This document shows, piece by piece, positions 28,322-39,200 of a stretch of DNA of 62,045 nt. The translations under genes and the position numbers were made by a program. The stretch lies in the IMG/VR virus record IMGVR_UViG_3300042883_000146, positions 1-62,045 of that record; one strand, given 5' to 3'. The notes beneath the pieces were generated by a model. That model saw nothing but the letters and a program-made list of their open reading frames with translations, did no database searches and was not told the DNA's origin. Origin of the DNA: a virus. Taxonomy: Duplodnaviria > Caudoviricetes. The stretch's first letter is position 1. Every line of letters begins with the position of its first letter.

Positions 28322-30898
28322 TTAAAGATTTCTAATAGTTTCTTTATCCTTCTCACTAATCAAAGGACTATTAAGATATAACTGTAAAGCTTGAGATTTT
28401 GTCATTTGATACAAATAAGGAATAGCTTGATCTCTAGTTAAAGGAGTGTCATCTAGTTTTAATGGAACTATTCCATTAGGAGTTTTTAATTGTAAACTAA
28501 TATATTGTTTAGTGTTATTAGTTTTATTCCAAACTAAGTCTGCTTTAATATCTAAAGCTGTATTAGGCATTTGAGCTCTTCCAAAATACGCAGTGCTATA
28601 TTGTCCTGTAGGATTAGTGCTTCCATTTCCCAAGTGTTGTGCTTTTACAACATCTCTATATTGTTCGTTTGGTTCATTACGATCATTTATTGGAAGTTGT
28701 CTAGCTTCTGAACTTTCTAATGGAATAGTTACTTCTTCTCCTCCCTTACCTAATATTAAAAAAGTTTGATCTCCTTGTACTAATTTTTTATATATAATCT
28801 TTTCCCTACCATCAGTACTAAGCCATTCTTTACCAGTGGCAATTTGACTCTGACTTAATTCTTTACTACCTCCTTCACCTTCATATCTACTCAACACTGC
28901 ATCAGCAATTCCTTCCCAAGATCTTCTCGCTATATCTCCCTCCCCACTACCAAAAGTGATAGTGGACATTCTAGGCACATAACTTCCATTACGTTCTAAT
29001 AAAGTGGATTGAACAAGTTCTTCTTTCTCTCTTGCAATTTTAGATAGTCCAGAAGAAACTGATTTAGATATTTGAAAAAATCTATTTTGATTAGTTGCAT
29101 CTAAACCTAAACTAAGAAGTTTTTCTTTTTCTGTAAGAGGTCTTCTAAATCTTTCAGAGGTGGTTCCTAAATAAGCACCTTGAGCTCCACCATAACCAGG
29201 AGTTTGAGTCACTTCTCTATTAGCTACATAGTTAGCAATTTCTTTAGCAGTAAAATTAATGCTTCTTCCAGCTCTATCTTTTACAGTTACTCCTGGTAGA
29301 TTTACTACATTACTAAAAACTTCTTGTTCTGCTCCTTTAAATTTATCATCCACTTCTTTAAAAATACCTTCTTTAGCTAATTTTAATCTTAAAGCTTTAT
29401 TTTCATTGTCTATAATAGCATCCACTTCATCTCTCCATTCAACAGGTATTGCTTTCTTACTATTACTATCTCCTATAACATACCAATTAGCATCTCCATT
29501 TTTATATTTTTCAATAGCAGCTTTAATTTGACTTGGAGTAGTTCCAGGAATTCCCTGTATCATTTTAGTTATTCCAGCATTAGCAGAAGACTCATACATA
29601 AGTTCATCTTTAACCATAGCAGATAAAGGATCTTTGACATTAGTGTTTTGACCTTTGTAAGTTTCAAACCCACTACTTACACCATTAAGTTCAATGTTTT
29701 GTTTTTGTATTTTAAGATCAGTTTCTATTTTATCTAAATTATAACCTCTTGTATCATTAAATTCTTTCCAATTTTGAGCTCTTTTAGATAATTCTAAATT
29801 AGCTCTAGTTATAGCATAAGTCTTTTCCCAATGCTGTGCATTTAATATAGGATTTTCAAGAAGGTTTTCTTTATTGTTTTCCCAAGCATAAGCATTGGCA
29901 AATTGTGAAATAGCACCATTCTTATAAATAGTAGATTTAGCTAAAGATGGATTAGCCATAACTAACTCTAATTCTTCTTTTAATTCAGAATTTAATTGTG
30001 AATTTTTATTCTCAAGACTTTCTATTATTCCTTGAAGTTGTTTTTGTTTTTCAGGATTTGAAGTACTTAGTCCCACCTCTCCTTGTAACTTTTGAATAAG
30101 TGAGTTATTAGATTCGATCTGAGAATTATATTTAGTATTAGAATACACTGCTAATTTTTCAGGAGTGTCATATCCCCTAAATTGATAATTAGCATTTATA
30201 GATAATTGATTTTGTTCATCAGGAGTTAAAGAAGCTCTAATTGCATTTTCAATCTTTGCTGCAGAAACTGTTTCCTTACTTATTCTCTGCATTGCTTCTG
30301 CAGTCTTTTGTCTGTTTACAGATCCATCTGCATTTGTTACATAAGGAATATCTTGTTCATTTAAATCAGAATGTAGACCTTTGAAAACTTCTAACCATTT
30401 TTTATCTACATCAATATATTGAGTATATCTATCTGAGAAAGAAGCATTAACATCATCAGCATTTAGATATGCATTTGCTTTTTGTGAAAAATCATAAATA
30501 TTAGCTTGAGAAGATTTACCCTCTCCAATTGCTTTTTCCATCTCTTGAGCTTGCTTTCTATACCAAGCTGTAGACTTCACTGCATTTTGAATAGTGGCAT
30601 CTTTACCAATTTGTTTAGCCATCCCCCCTACAGAATTAACTAACTGATAATTAGAGAAATCTCCAGCTGCTACAGTTTTTAACTTAGATCCTAATTCATT
30701 TAGTTTAGACTGAAGGTATTGCTGTTGTTTTTCATTTGCAATATCTAGTCCTGCAATGTTATCAATGTTAGTTTGAATCTTTTGGAGACCCTCGTCATAG
30801 CGTCTTTGTTTTTCCATACCAACTTGAACCATTGCCTCTATAGGCAATTGTTGGATGTATGGATTAAACTTTGGGGCAATATCTGTATATGAAGCCAT
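28322..30898 (-). CDS. Putative virion cargo/ejection protein
   Basis: 858 aa, helical, N-terminal FNPYIQQLP; lies between cargo and RNAP genes. Confidence 0.6.
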   Translation of the reverse strand: MASYTDIAPKFNPYIQQLPIEAMVQVGMEKQRRYDEGLQKIQTNIDNIAGLDIANEKQQQYLQSKLNELGSKLKTVAAGDFSNYQLVNSVGGMAKQIGKDATIQNAVKSTAWYRKQAQEMEKAIGEGKSSQANIYDFSQKANAYLNADDVNASFSDRYTQYIDVDKKWLEVFKGLHSDLNEQDIPYVTNADGSVNRQKTAEAMQRISKETVSAAKIENAIRASLTPDEQNQLSINANYQFRGYDTPEKLAVYSNTKYNSQIESNNSLIQKLQGEVGLSTSNPEKQKQLQGIIESLENKNSQLNSELKEELELVMANPSLAKSTIYKNGAISQFANAYAWENNKENLLENPILNAQHWEKTYAITRANLELSKRAQNWKEFNDTRGYNLDKIETDLKIQKQNIELNGVSSGFETYKGQNTNVKDPLSAMVKDELMYESSANAGITKMIQGIPGTTPSQIKAAIEKYKNGDANWYVIGDSNSKKAIPVEWRDEVDAIIDNENKALRLKLAKEGIFKEVDDKFKGAEQEVFSNVVNLPGVTVKDRAGRSINFTAKEIANYVANREVTQTPGYGGAQGAYLGTTSERFRRPLTEKEKLLSLGLDATNQNRFFQISKSVSSGLSKIAREKEELVQSTLLERNGSYVPRMSTITFGSGEGDIARRSWEGIADAVLSRYEGEGGSKELSQSQIATGKEWLSTDGREKIIYKKLVQGDQTFLILGKGGEEVTIPLESSEARQLPINDRNEPNEQYRDVVKAQHLGNGSTNPTGQYSTAYFGRAQMPNTALDIKADLVWNKTNNTKQYISLQLKTPNGIVPLKLDDTPLTRDQAIPYLYQMTKSQALQLYLNSPLISEKDKETIRNL

Positions 30899-30914
30899 AG
30901 TCTTTAGGGATGAG

Positions 30915-30946
30915 CAAATTTAACTTAAAGTATTATATCTTACAAG
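30915..30946 (-). promoter_or_regulatory. Bacteroidota-type promoter CTTG-N20-TAAATTTG ahead of the cargo/RNAP genes
   Basis: -7 element at 30915-30922, TTG at the expected -33 spacing. Confidence 0.6.
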
Positions 30947-30986
30947 TATAATAACTGTTTTAGGTAATTTGCTATAATTGAATTAA

Positions 30987-33983
30987 TTATAAATTTTTAA
31001 TTGCTTTGACAATTGAACCATTTCTAGAAGCTTTAGTTGAAGTTTTTTCTTTACTAGTTTTTGCTTCTAATAAAGCTTTGTATTTAGTAAGTTCATCAGG
31101 ACTAGCATTAGCAATCATTTCATCAAAATTTACTAGAGGATTCATGTTAATTGCTCTTCCAGATTTATCGTATCTGTAGTTGTATAGATTTTCCATAACA
31201 CCTAATTGTCTGTTCTCAAGTTTGTTTTGAGCATACTTAGATGCAATAGAATTTAAAGCTTCTTGTGTTGTAGCTTTTGTAGCACTCTTTGCTGCTTCTT
31301 GTCTTTGTTGTTGAGTATCATATATTTGCAAGTTTTGCAACTTAGCTTGGTTTAATGCATCTATATTACCAGCATATGTTTGTGCTCTTTGTCCTTGGTT
31401 GATTCTCATTTGTTCTCCTAAGATTTGATTCTTAGCCATAGTAGCTTGTCCATATATAGCAGCTAATGCTTCTGGATTATTTTGAGCAAGTCTTTCAGCT
31501 TGTCTGGTTTGAGCAGTGATTTCATTTAACTGATCTTGAAGAGATATATCATATGGGGTTTGTAGTTGTGGTTGGAATGTTTGTGCTTGCACTGGTTCTA
31601 ACTGATTATTAGATAGTGCATACATCTCACCCATCAACTGTCTAGGATCCAATTGTTCAGCATCAGTGGGTCTTAAGAATGGAAGCACTTGATTAAAGGC
31701 ACCTATTCCTTGTTCCAACCAAGAAGACTTTGGTGTTTCTCTTTCTTTTAAACCTTTCATATTAGCTAGGAGAGTTTTTAACTGCTCATCTTGAGTACGC
31801 TTAGTTAACTTAGCATAATTATCATTAGAAGGAAGTGATCCAGGCTTAAGAGGTGTACCATAATCTAAAGGATTTGCTTGATACAAAAAGTCTTTAACAT
31901 TATATGCAGCTCCTAACCTATCATCAATCTTAACATCCTCAGTTCCATAAAGTTCTTTATTTTTAGATTTTATTAGGGCAGCTCTTTTAGGATCTTTTAG
32001 TAAGAACTCTTGAAATTCTTTGTTTCCTTTTCCAGTAAAACCTAAAGACTTTGCAATATTATCCAATTGCTCTGCATTATATGCAGATTTGGTTTTTTGT
32101 CCAAGAGCATCTTTATTACCCTCCCAAGGTTTTAAACTATACTTGCTAGTATATCCCTTTTGAGCCATAGGAATAGAAGCACCAAGTTTAGCTTTCTTTA
32201 TCTTACCTTGTGCAAGATCATCAGCAACTAAATTGTATTCTTCTGCTGTATCATTAATAGCACTTTGTAAATCAGCTGCATCTTGTTTCTTTCCAGCAAT
32301 ATCTTTAAGTTTCATATTACCACCCATTAAGTTTGCTTGAAGAGCAGACATCTTTAATTTATCAAATGAACTATTAACATCAAGATTGTCTAACATATCT
32401 GTAGAATTATCTATAAGCTTATTTTGTTTAGCTTCAATTTTAGATAAATCATTTACATAGTTTTTAAACTTCTGATTCTTTAGTTTAGGATTTCCTAATA
32501 TGTTAGCACCTTCTTTATTAATCTTAAGATTACCAAACACAACCATATTATCTTCTCCAGATCCACCATCTCTTAGTTTAACTGCAGGTTCACCACCTTC
32601 CACTTCTACAGGACTTTGTCCATAAGATATAGGCATACCACCATTCTCATGAGAAGGTCCTCTAAACATTACAGTTTCTCCTCCATCTGGAAGATATGGA
32701 TTGTTTGATATTGGTTCTGCTTTTCCTCTATAAACTTGTAACTCTCCACCCATAGCATAGGTTTGCATAGCTCTTTCACTAGGAGGTGTATAACTTTTTA
32801 GATGTCCACCAGCTCTTAACATATCTGCATCAGCAGGAGGGTGCAATAAATCTTTTACATCATACTCTCCAAATTTAGTAATCACTTGTGGTTGCCAATC
32901 ATTGCTCACCCATCCACCATCTTCCATTACATTACCAAACTGTTGAGAAACATAATTACCCATCATTCCTGCCATGTTACGATTAGATATGTCATCATAT
33001 TTTTCAATGTTTCTACCACTTTGATCTATAAGGCTTCCAATAGCTTGTCCTGCAAATTTACCTACAGCAGCTCCAACAGGTCCTCCAAAGAATGTACCTG
33101 CTGCTGCACCCACTCCACCACCTATTTTAGAACCAGCACTAGGACCTCTTCCTTTATTAATAAGCATGTTACTAATATTTCCAAGAGCTTCACTTCCACC
33201 TTGATTATTCATAACATTACCAAATCCTCCTTGATTAATAGCTGTAGAGAATCCTGAAGCAGCCATAGGTAATTTACCACCATAATAAAAAGCTTTAACT
33301 TGATCACTATCATTTAATGGTTCATATCCAAGATCATCATATAGAGTGTTAGGAGCATATGTATTTTGTATCTCTGTTGGATTACCTCCAATCATTGTTC
33401 CATTTTTTGCAGAAAGAATATTAGTTCCTACACCATAAGAAGGAGATAATTGATCTGGTTGAATAATAGTATCTTCTGGTCTAGTATAATAATTTTTTAA
33501 TGGTTGTCTTCTTTGACTAGCAGCTGCATCAGCTTGCACTCCTGTCAACAGAGAATTTTGTTTAGCTTCTTTAACAGCTCTGTTCTGATCTTTAATCATA
33601 GACACTCCCTCTACAACATCCACACCTGCTTGAAGATAAGGATTCATTTTAGATAACTTGTCACCTGGAAGTTTAGTTGTAGCTGCTTGTTGTGCAGTTT
33701 TAGCATTAGTATCAACTCCTCCTACAGCAGTAGTTTCTGGATTATATTGAGGTTGTCCATATACAGATCCAAATCCATATCCTTCTTCTGTACCATTCTG
33801 TGCTTTAGGTGGATTATCAAAATCAGTTAATTGATGAAGTTGTTTATTAACCATAGAAGCACCCATAGCAGCTTTCTTAAAAGCTTTACCATGCACCTTC
33901 ATAAATGCTTCTTCACTTGGAAACTTTTTGTAAAACTGTTTTTCAGTTTTAACACCTGCTAGTTTTAATATTTGATCTTTCAT
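30987..33983 (-). CDS. Putative cargo/ejection protein with glycine-zipper segment
   Basis: GSKIGGGVGAAAGTFFGGPVGAAVGKFAG; GPSHENGG...EVEGGE motif; Gln-rich coiled coils; follows the muzzle gene as crAss cargo genes do. Confidence 0.65.
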   Translation of the reverse strand: MKDQILKLAGVKTEKQFYKKFPSEEAFMKVHGKAFKKAAMGASMVNKQLHQLTDFDNPPKAQNGTEEGYGFGSVYGQPQYNPETTAVGGVDTNAKTAQQAATTKLPGDKLSKMNPYLQAGVDVVEGVSMIKDQNRAVKEAKQNSLLTGVQADAAASQRRQPLKNYYTRPEDTIIQPDQLSPSYGVGTNILSAKNGTMIGGNPTEIQNTYAPNTLYDDLGYEPLNDSDQVKAFYYGGKLPMAASGFSTAINQGGFGNVMNNQGGSEALGNISNMLINKGRGPSAGSKIGGGVGAAAGTFFGGPVGAAVGKFAGQAIGSLIDQSGRNIEKYDDISNRNMAGMMGNYVSQQFGNVMEDGGWVSNDWQPQVITKFGEYDVKDLLHPPADADMLRAGGHLKSYTPPSERAMQTYAMGGELQVYRGKAEPISNNPYLPDGGETVMFRGPSHENGGMPISYGQSPVEVEGGEPAVKLRDGGSGEDNMVVFGNLKINKEGANILGNPKLKNQKFKNYVNDLSKIEAKQNKLIDNSTDMLDNLDVNSSFDKLKMSALQANLMGGNMKLKDIAGKKQDAADLQSAINDTAEEYNLVADDLAQGKIKKAKLGASIPMAQKGYTSKYSLKPWEGNKDALGQKTKSAYNAEQLDNIAKSLGFTGKGNKEFQEFLLKDPKRAALIKSKNKELYGTEDVKIDDRLGAAYNVKDFLYQANPLDYGTPLKPGSLPSNDNYAKLTKRTQDEQLKTLLANMKGLKERETPKSSWLEQGIGAFNQVLPFLRPTDAEQLDPRQLMGEMYALSNNQLEPVQAQTFQPQLQTPYDISLQDQLNEITAQTRQAERLAQNNPEALAAIYGQATMAKNQILGEQMRINQGQRAQTYAGNIDALNQAKLQNLQIYDTQQQRQEAAKSATKATTQEALNSIASKYAQNKLENRQLGVMENLYNYRYDKSGRAINMNPLVNFDEMIANASPDELTKYKALLEAKTSKEKTSTKASRNGSIVKAIKNL

Positions 33984-33989
33984 AATGTT

Positions 33990-35375
33990 TTAATTGTATT
34001 TGGATAACCAACCACCATTTTCTTTCTTTGGTTTATAAGTATTGTCAATTGATAATTTATTATATTTTAACATACCAGCTATTTTCTTAGCTCTTTCTTC
34101 ATCTGTTAAATTTTTCATAACACCTATGTCACTACCAATATAGTTGTTTTTCATATCCATAAAAAATCCTTCTCCTTCATTAAAGTTGGATAATTCATAT
34201 CCAAGTCCCATTAAGTTTGCTGCTCCCATACGAATAGCATCATCTAATGCAGGAGCATACTTACCTATAACTTTAGGAACTTTTAAATTTTTAGCTACAG
34301 ATGCAGACATAGCAGCATGCCTAACAGCATCCAATGGACCTCCATCATCTGCACCATAATCATATCCTTGTTTTTCAGCAATCTCTAATGCTCTATTTAC
34401 AAACTTTGGATCACCAAATTTATTCATTTGTTTTTGCACAAAACGATCTTTTGCATTTAAAATAGGTTCTCTATAACTCATTAGACCCCCATCTTGCATC
34501 ATAGGATACTCTGTAACAGACTCTCCATCATAAGTGTAGTCTTGCCCAGGTTGCATCATTTGCGTGTCTCCTGTGTCAGATATACCAAGCACAGGATAGT
34601 CCACCCCTTGCATAGTTATTTGGTTAGAGTTTATTTTTGTTATCTCTCCTGGATATTCCCACTGTCCTCTATCATCTTCTATTACAGATCCATCTCTACT
34701 AATATTCTTTGGTTTCCAATCTAGTCCTTCTTGGTAGAACTTCATCTCTTGTCCATTCTGAAGTTTAGGAACATATTTAAAAAACTTACCAGTACTATCT
34801 AAAGTATTTTTACTTTTAAACTCTGCACCTTCTGGACTATTGTACCAATCAAGTTCTAATTTTAAAGTAGGATGTCCCTTTGCTTTTAAAAATTGTCCTG
34901 TTTGATTATCTACAGTGGGTAAATGCCCAGTTTTATCAGGAGTGTATCCTAACTCCCAAGCTCTTTTAAGATTATAATCTGAAGTTTCTTTTAAGTTGTT
35001 TTGTTTCTTCCACTGGTTATAAGATACTTTTTTTCCATCTTGAGAAGAAGCTTTTGTCTTCTTAGTATATTTACCATTAGCAGGAGCAGGATCTTGTGTA
35101 CGTGCGTACGTGAATCCTACAGAACCAGGAAGACTTCCTCCCATTGCCATTGTTCCTCCCCAAGCACCATTGTAATCAAAGCCTTGATCTGTTAAGCCAG
35201 CCATAGTTCCTTCTATGCCATTCTGTGCTTCAGGAGTGTTGTTATATTTACTTAACCAACCACCATCTTTCATTGTGTTATCTTTACCACATTGGTGACA
35301 GACGTACATATCTTTCTTGCTGGAATCAGATTTATTCCAGGACCACCCACATGTACATGTAACTTTACTAGCCAT
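33990..35375 (-). CDS. Modular putative virion protein: N-terminal Zn ribbon, two unknown domains, C-terminal DAxRH (DUF6973-like) domain
   Basis: CTCG...CHQCG; LDAVRHAAMSA...MDMKNNYIG; GGWLSKYN near both ends. Confidence 0.55.
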   Translation of the reverse strand: MASKVTCTCGWSWNKSDSSKKDMYVCHQCGKDNTMKDGGWLSKYNNTPEAQNGIEGTMAGLTDQGFDYNGAWGGTMAMGGSLPGSVGFTYARTQDPAPANGKYTKKTKASSQDGKKVSYNQWKKQNNLKETSDYNLKRAWELGYTPDKTGHLPTVDNQTGQFLKAKGHPTLKLELDWYNSPEGAEFKSKNTLDSTGKFFKYVPKLQNGQEMKFYQEGLDWKPKNISRDGSVIEDDRGQWEYPGEITKINSNQITMQGVDYPVLGISDTGDTQMMQPGQDYTYDGESVTEYPMMQDGGLMSYREPILNAKDRFVQKQMNKFGDPKFVNRALEIAEKQGYDYGADDGGPLDAVRHAAMSASVAKNLKVPKVIGKYAPALDDAIRMGAANLMGLGYELSNFNEGEGFFMDMKNNYIGSDIGVMKNLTDEERAKKIAGMLKYNKLSIDNTYKPKKENGGWLSKYN

Positions 35376-36244
35376 TATTTGAAAGAGATTTGAGAAGGTG
35401 TAACAATGAATTGGCTCACTATATGTATCTCAGAATTGTTATCTAAGATGTGTCTTATCTTTAAATCTTTAGCCCTAAATGTATCTTTCTTGAATGACAT
35501 GGTTGTGTAATTCATGTTGAACTGATTTATGATTTTATCTATAGATAGAGATTCACAACTTCTTACAAACAAGGGAACACTCTTATCTTTAACCAAAGAC
35601 CAGAATGTATTGTATTGATAGAAGTTATCACTCTTAGTATATGTAATGGTTTTACTATCTGTGTTATATATTGGATATTTTAAATATGCACTTAAGTTAT
35701 TAATTGGTTTAGGAACTAATTCTAAAATACCAGAACTCTGTTGTCCATTATAAACAATAGCTTTGTTAAACCAATAGTTATCTATTTCCACTTTATCACA
35801 TTCGTCAGAAACAAAATCAACATCACGAAGATATCTATACACTTTGGAATAGTCTTTTACATTTTGTAATATCTCATCTTGATATTGATATGCAAAAGGG
35901 TATTCGATAATATAAGGTTCTATGTTATTATAGAAATAATTGTATACAACAGGATTTTTTAAATGTCTCCATATACATGCATTACTACTAGGAACAAATT
36001 TTGTACTAGCAATTTCAGTTGGATAAACAGTACCAACAGGAAAGTTGCGTTTGTTTTTACATTTTCCTAAAGATTCAATAGACACAATAGTTACATCATT
36101 TGCCACTGAATATCCCCTACCTGCTATCAATTCATTCTTAGTGACAAGAGCATCTATAACATCTCCATTCTGAGCATTTGTCACTTTGAATGGACCTGCT
36201 TTAATAGAACTTGATTTCAATTTTATATATATGGTCTTTGACAT
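35375..36244 (-). CDS. Probable C-terminal part of the muzzle/tail-stabilisation protein, with an N-terminal beta domain related to 44600..45142
   Basis: IWRHLKN...YNYFYNNIEPYIIEYPF reads as a continuation of the upstream protein; in frame with it across one TAG. Confidence 0.6.
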   Translation of the reverse strand: MSKTIYIKLKSSSIKAGPFKVTNAQNGDVIDALVTKNELIAGRGYSVANDVTIVSIESLGKCKNKRNFPVGTVYPTEIASTKFVPSSNACIWRHLKNPVVYNYFYNNIEPYIIEYPFAYQYQDEILQNVKDYSKVYRYLRDVDFVSDECDKVEIDNYWFNKAIVYNGQQSSGILELVPKPINNLSAYLKYPIYNTDSKTITYTKSDNFYQYNTFWSLVKDKSVPLFVRSCESLSIDKIINQFNMNYTTMSFKKDTFRAKDLKIRHILDNNSEIHIVSQFIVTPSQISFK

Positions 36245-36247
36245 ATC

Positions 36248-39200
36248 CTATCCTAAAATGAGAGTGGTGGTGGTGGTAGTGGTAGTGGGTGCCACTTCTT
36301 GTGCAACACCACCTAAATCACAATATAACACTGTTGTAGTAGTAGTAGTGGTAGCAGGAAGTTCTGCTGTTCCTGCTAATTCACAATTATAAGCCACTGC
36401 TGTTCCTGCTAAACGACAATCTAGAGCAATAGTGGTGGTTGTAGTGGTGGTGGGTTGTGGAACCAATTCACCTACAATAGCATCAATCTCACTACAACAA
36501 TCATTAAGTCCTGAATAGAAGAAGTTATTCTCAGCTAAGTACCAATTAGGTAAATAACTATGGAATGAAATCCAACTCTTTGTATTAAAGTTAAATGATA
36601 CTGACCAAGACTTATTACAGAAGTAATCAAGATCTGTAAGATCCACTTGCGTTAATATCTCTACGTCATTCACTATTTCTTTTACATAGTATTCTTTTGT
36701 AATTGAATCATATATAATGTTATTTGTTTTTGGAATATAGTCAAGCTTTGTAATAATTATTCTATCATACTTACTATCAAATACACCATGTAGTCCTACA
36801 CCAGTGAAATGATTATCTGTATCCACTTCTGGGAAGTATTTTATAATCTCAAAAGCTAAATGATCTGTAAACCATCTATTCATACCAGAACCATATCCAG
36901 ATAGATCTGTAGCTTGGTTACCAGCAATTAAGAACACTTGTCCTCTCTTAGCATCTATTGTTATTTGTCCTTGTGGGATCTTTAACAACATCTTGTTTTG
37001 AGAACCTACATATCCAAGATCTGTTTCTGCAAAATCAATTGGGGGAGAACTTCTGAATAATGAATCATTACCCATGTAAGCAGCTTGTGGATTACTTGTA
37101 TTGATTGTTAATAGAGTGTTATATAATAAACTCTTATTATCAAATCTAGCAAGAACAGCTTTGTTCTCAATACCATCTAATGATGTAAGATTACCATAAT
37201 TCTGAGGAAAATCAAAATAAGAAACAGCTCTATAAATTAACCAATTATTTACTATATTACCTACAGTGCTTATCTGAGGATCAGAATAAATTGCTCTAAA
37301 AGGATAAGATGTTAAACATGTATCAGGAGTCCAGTTAATAGGAAGATGACTAAAGAAGTTTTCTGTATTTTGTTTAGAGAATGTAGTGTTATAGTAATAT
37401 GTATTATCTTGAGCAATAGAAACATTACTTTCTTGTACCCAATCATCAGGTATATCTGTACTAACATGAGGCCAGAAATCTCCTTCTTTATTATTAAAGG
37501 CTTGACGTAAGTCTACATTATATCCTGATTCACAATAGAAATAAGGAATACCATAAGCAAACAAATACATCTTACCATCATAGAAAGTTCTTCCTGGATT
37601 ACTTTCAGGAGTTTGACTATTAGGACAATCTAAGTTATGAGCTTTAATTGATATAAAGTTTCTTAGATTTATACCATCTACAGAAACATCACTAAGAACA
37701 GATCTTGCTGAAAACCAATACTCAGGATATGCAACATTTCCTATCTCATCATAGTATATATCAGAATCATCAGGAGCTCCCACTCTATTATCTATAAAGA
37801 AAGGAAGTTTAGTTTTAAAAGCAAACTTACTAATAAATGTATCACCACCAAACACTGTATCATACACTGGTGCAAGGATGGGTGTAATATCTCTTTGGAA
37901 TCCAGTATCTATTGTATCATATGAATAGATTTGTCCCCATTGATTTACAAATTGATTCTTTAATGAAGCGTAATAAGAAACAACAGAAGTGGAAGATATT
38001 TCTTCAGGTTTACTACAATCTTTTTCAGATAGAACAAATCTTGAATCATCTGTAACCATAGGTATTCCACTAGGAGCTATAGATGGTGTTTTATCTGGAA
38101 ATGGTAATGGTGGTTTAGCATCATCAGTTTTTAAATAAACTGAAGATTCTCTTTGCCAGTTGTTTATATTTTTATCATCACCAACACTCTGTACTCCAGG
38201 AATTAAATATTGAGCAATATCAAGAGTTCTTTGTTTAATACCTAATATACCATCTGCACTAGTAGCTGCATTATCAATATACCCACTATAGTCATAACTA
38301 CCTATTGAGTTAAATGAATAGGCATAGTTACGTCTAGTGATACCATTAATATAAATAGTTAGATATGATTGATATGCTGCAAATAAAACAGAAGCATCAA
38401 ATGTTGTAATACTAGCAATATCAGTGGAACTCTTTAACGCATCTTCTTGAGCTTCCTTACTAATCAGTTTATAAAGAGCATTCTTTCTCACTTGAACAAA
38501 ATGAGCTCTACCAGCTCCAAACATTACATTTTCAAGTTTAAGAATATCTCCTAAAAATGGTTGACCAAAAGAAGTTTCTGGAGAGTTGAATACATGTCTA
38601 TATTTAGAACCATCTGCATTAAATCCATCTAAGTTTTTAGGAACACAGATATCATAACCAACAGATCCCACTTTTTTAATATCATAATCTGTATCTCCTG
38701 ATACCCATTCAGGAATAATTAGAGAATTAACTTGCGTGGCTCCTGTCACTCCTATTTGTGTTTTATTTGGAGGTTGTGTACAACAATCACTTGCTGGAGT
38801 GTTTGCACAATAATCACAAAGAGAAGTGTAAGGGGCAGGATCTCCACAAGCTCCTGTAGCATTTATATTAGGAAAGTGAATATTAAAATCTGCAGAAAAT
38901 GATCCATCTCTAGGAGTGATGACATATATATCATATGTGTTAGATTGAAAACATCCTTTACCACTAATAATTCTTGGAGAAGGAAAATCAAGACAGCAGA
39001 AGTTTAAAGTTTCTCCTACAGATGTAGCTTGTTTTGTAACAATTGTGTTTGTGTAGCAATCAATGTATTCAACTATAAATGGACTAACACCATCAAGTTC
39101 TGTAACAGTTACACTGAAGTTTCTACATATGGCATTACCACCATCTTTTGCATTTGCTGTATAGGCATTGTTTTGAGCTAGTAAGAATGGATCTATAGAA

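Noticed and set aside
11327-34724. Numerous short plus-strand ORFs antisense to the giant genes
   Set aside because: Fully nested opposite strong ORFs, low-information F/L/S/I-rich translations, no recognisable motifs
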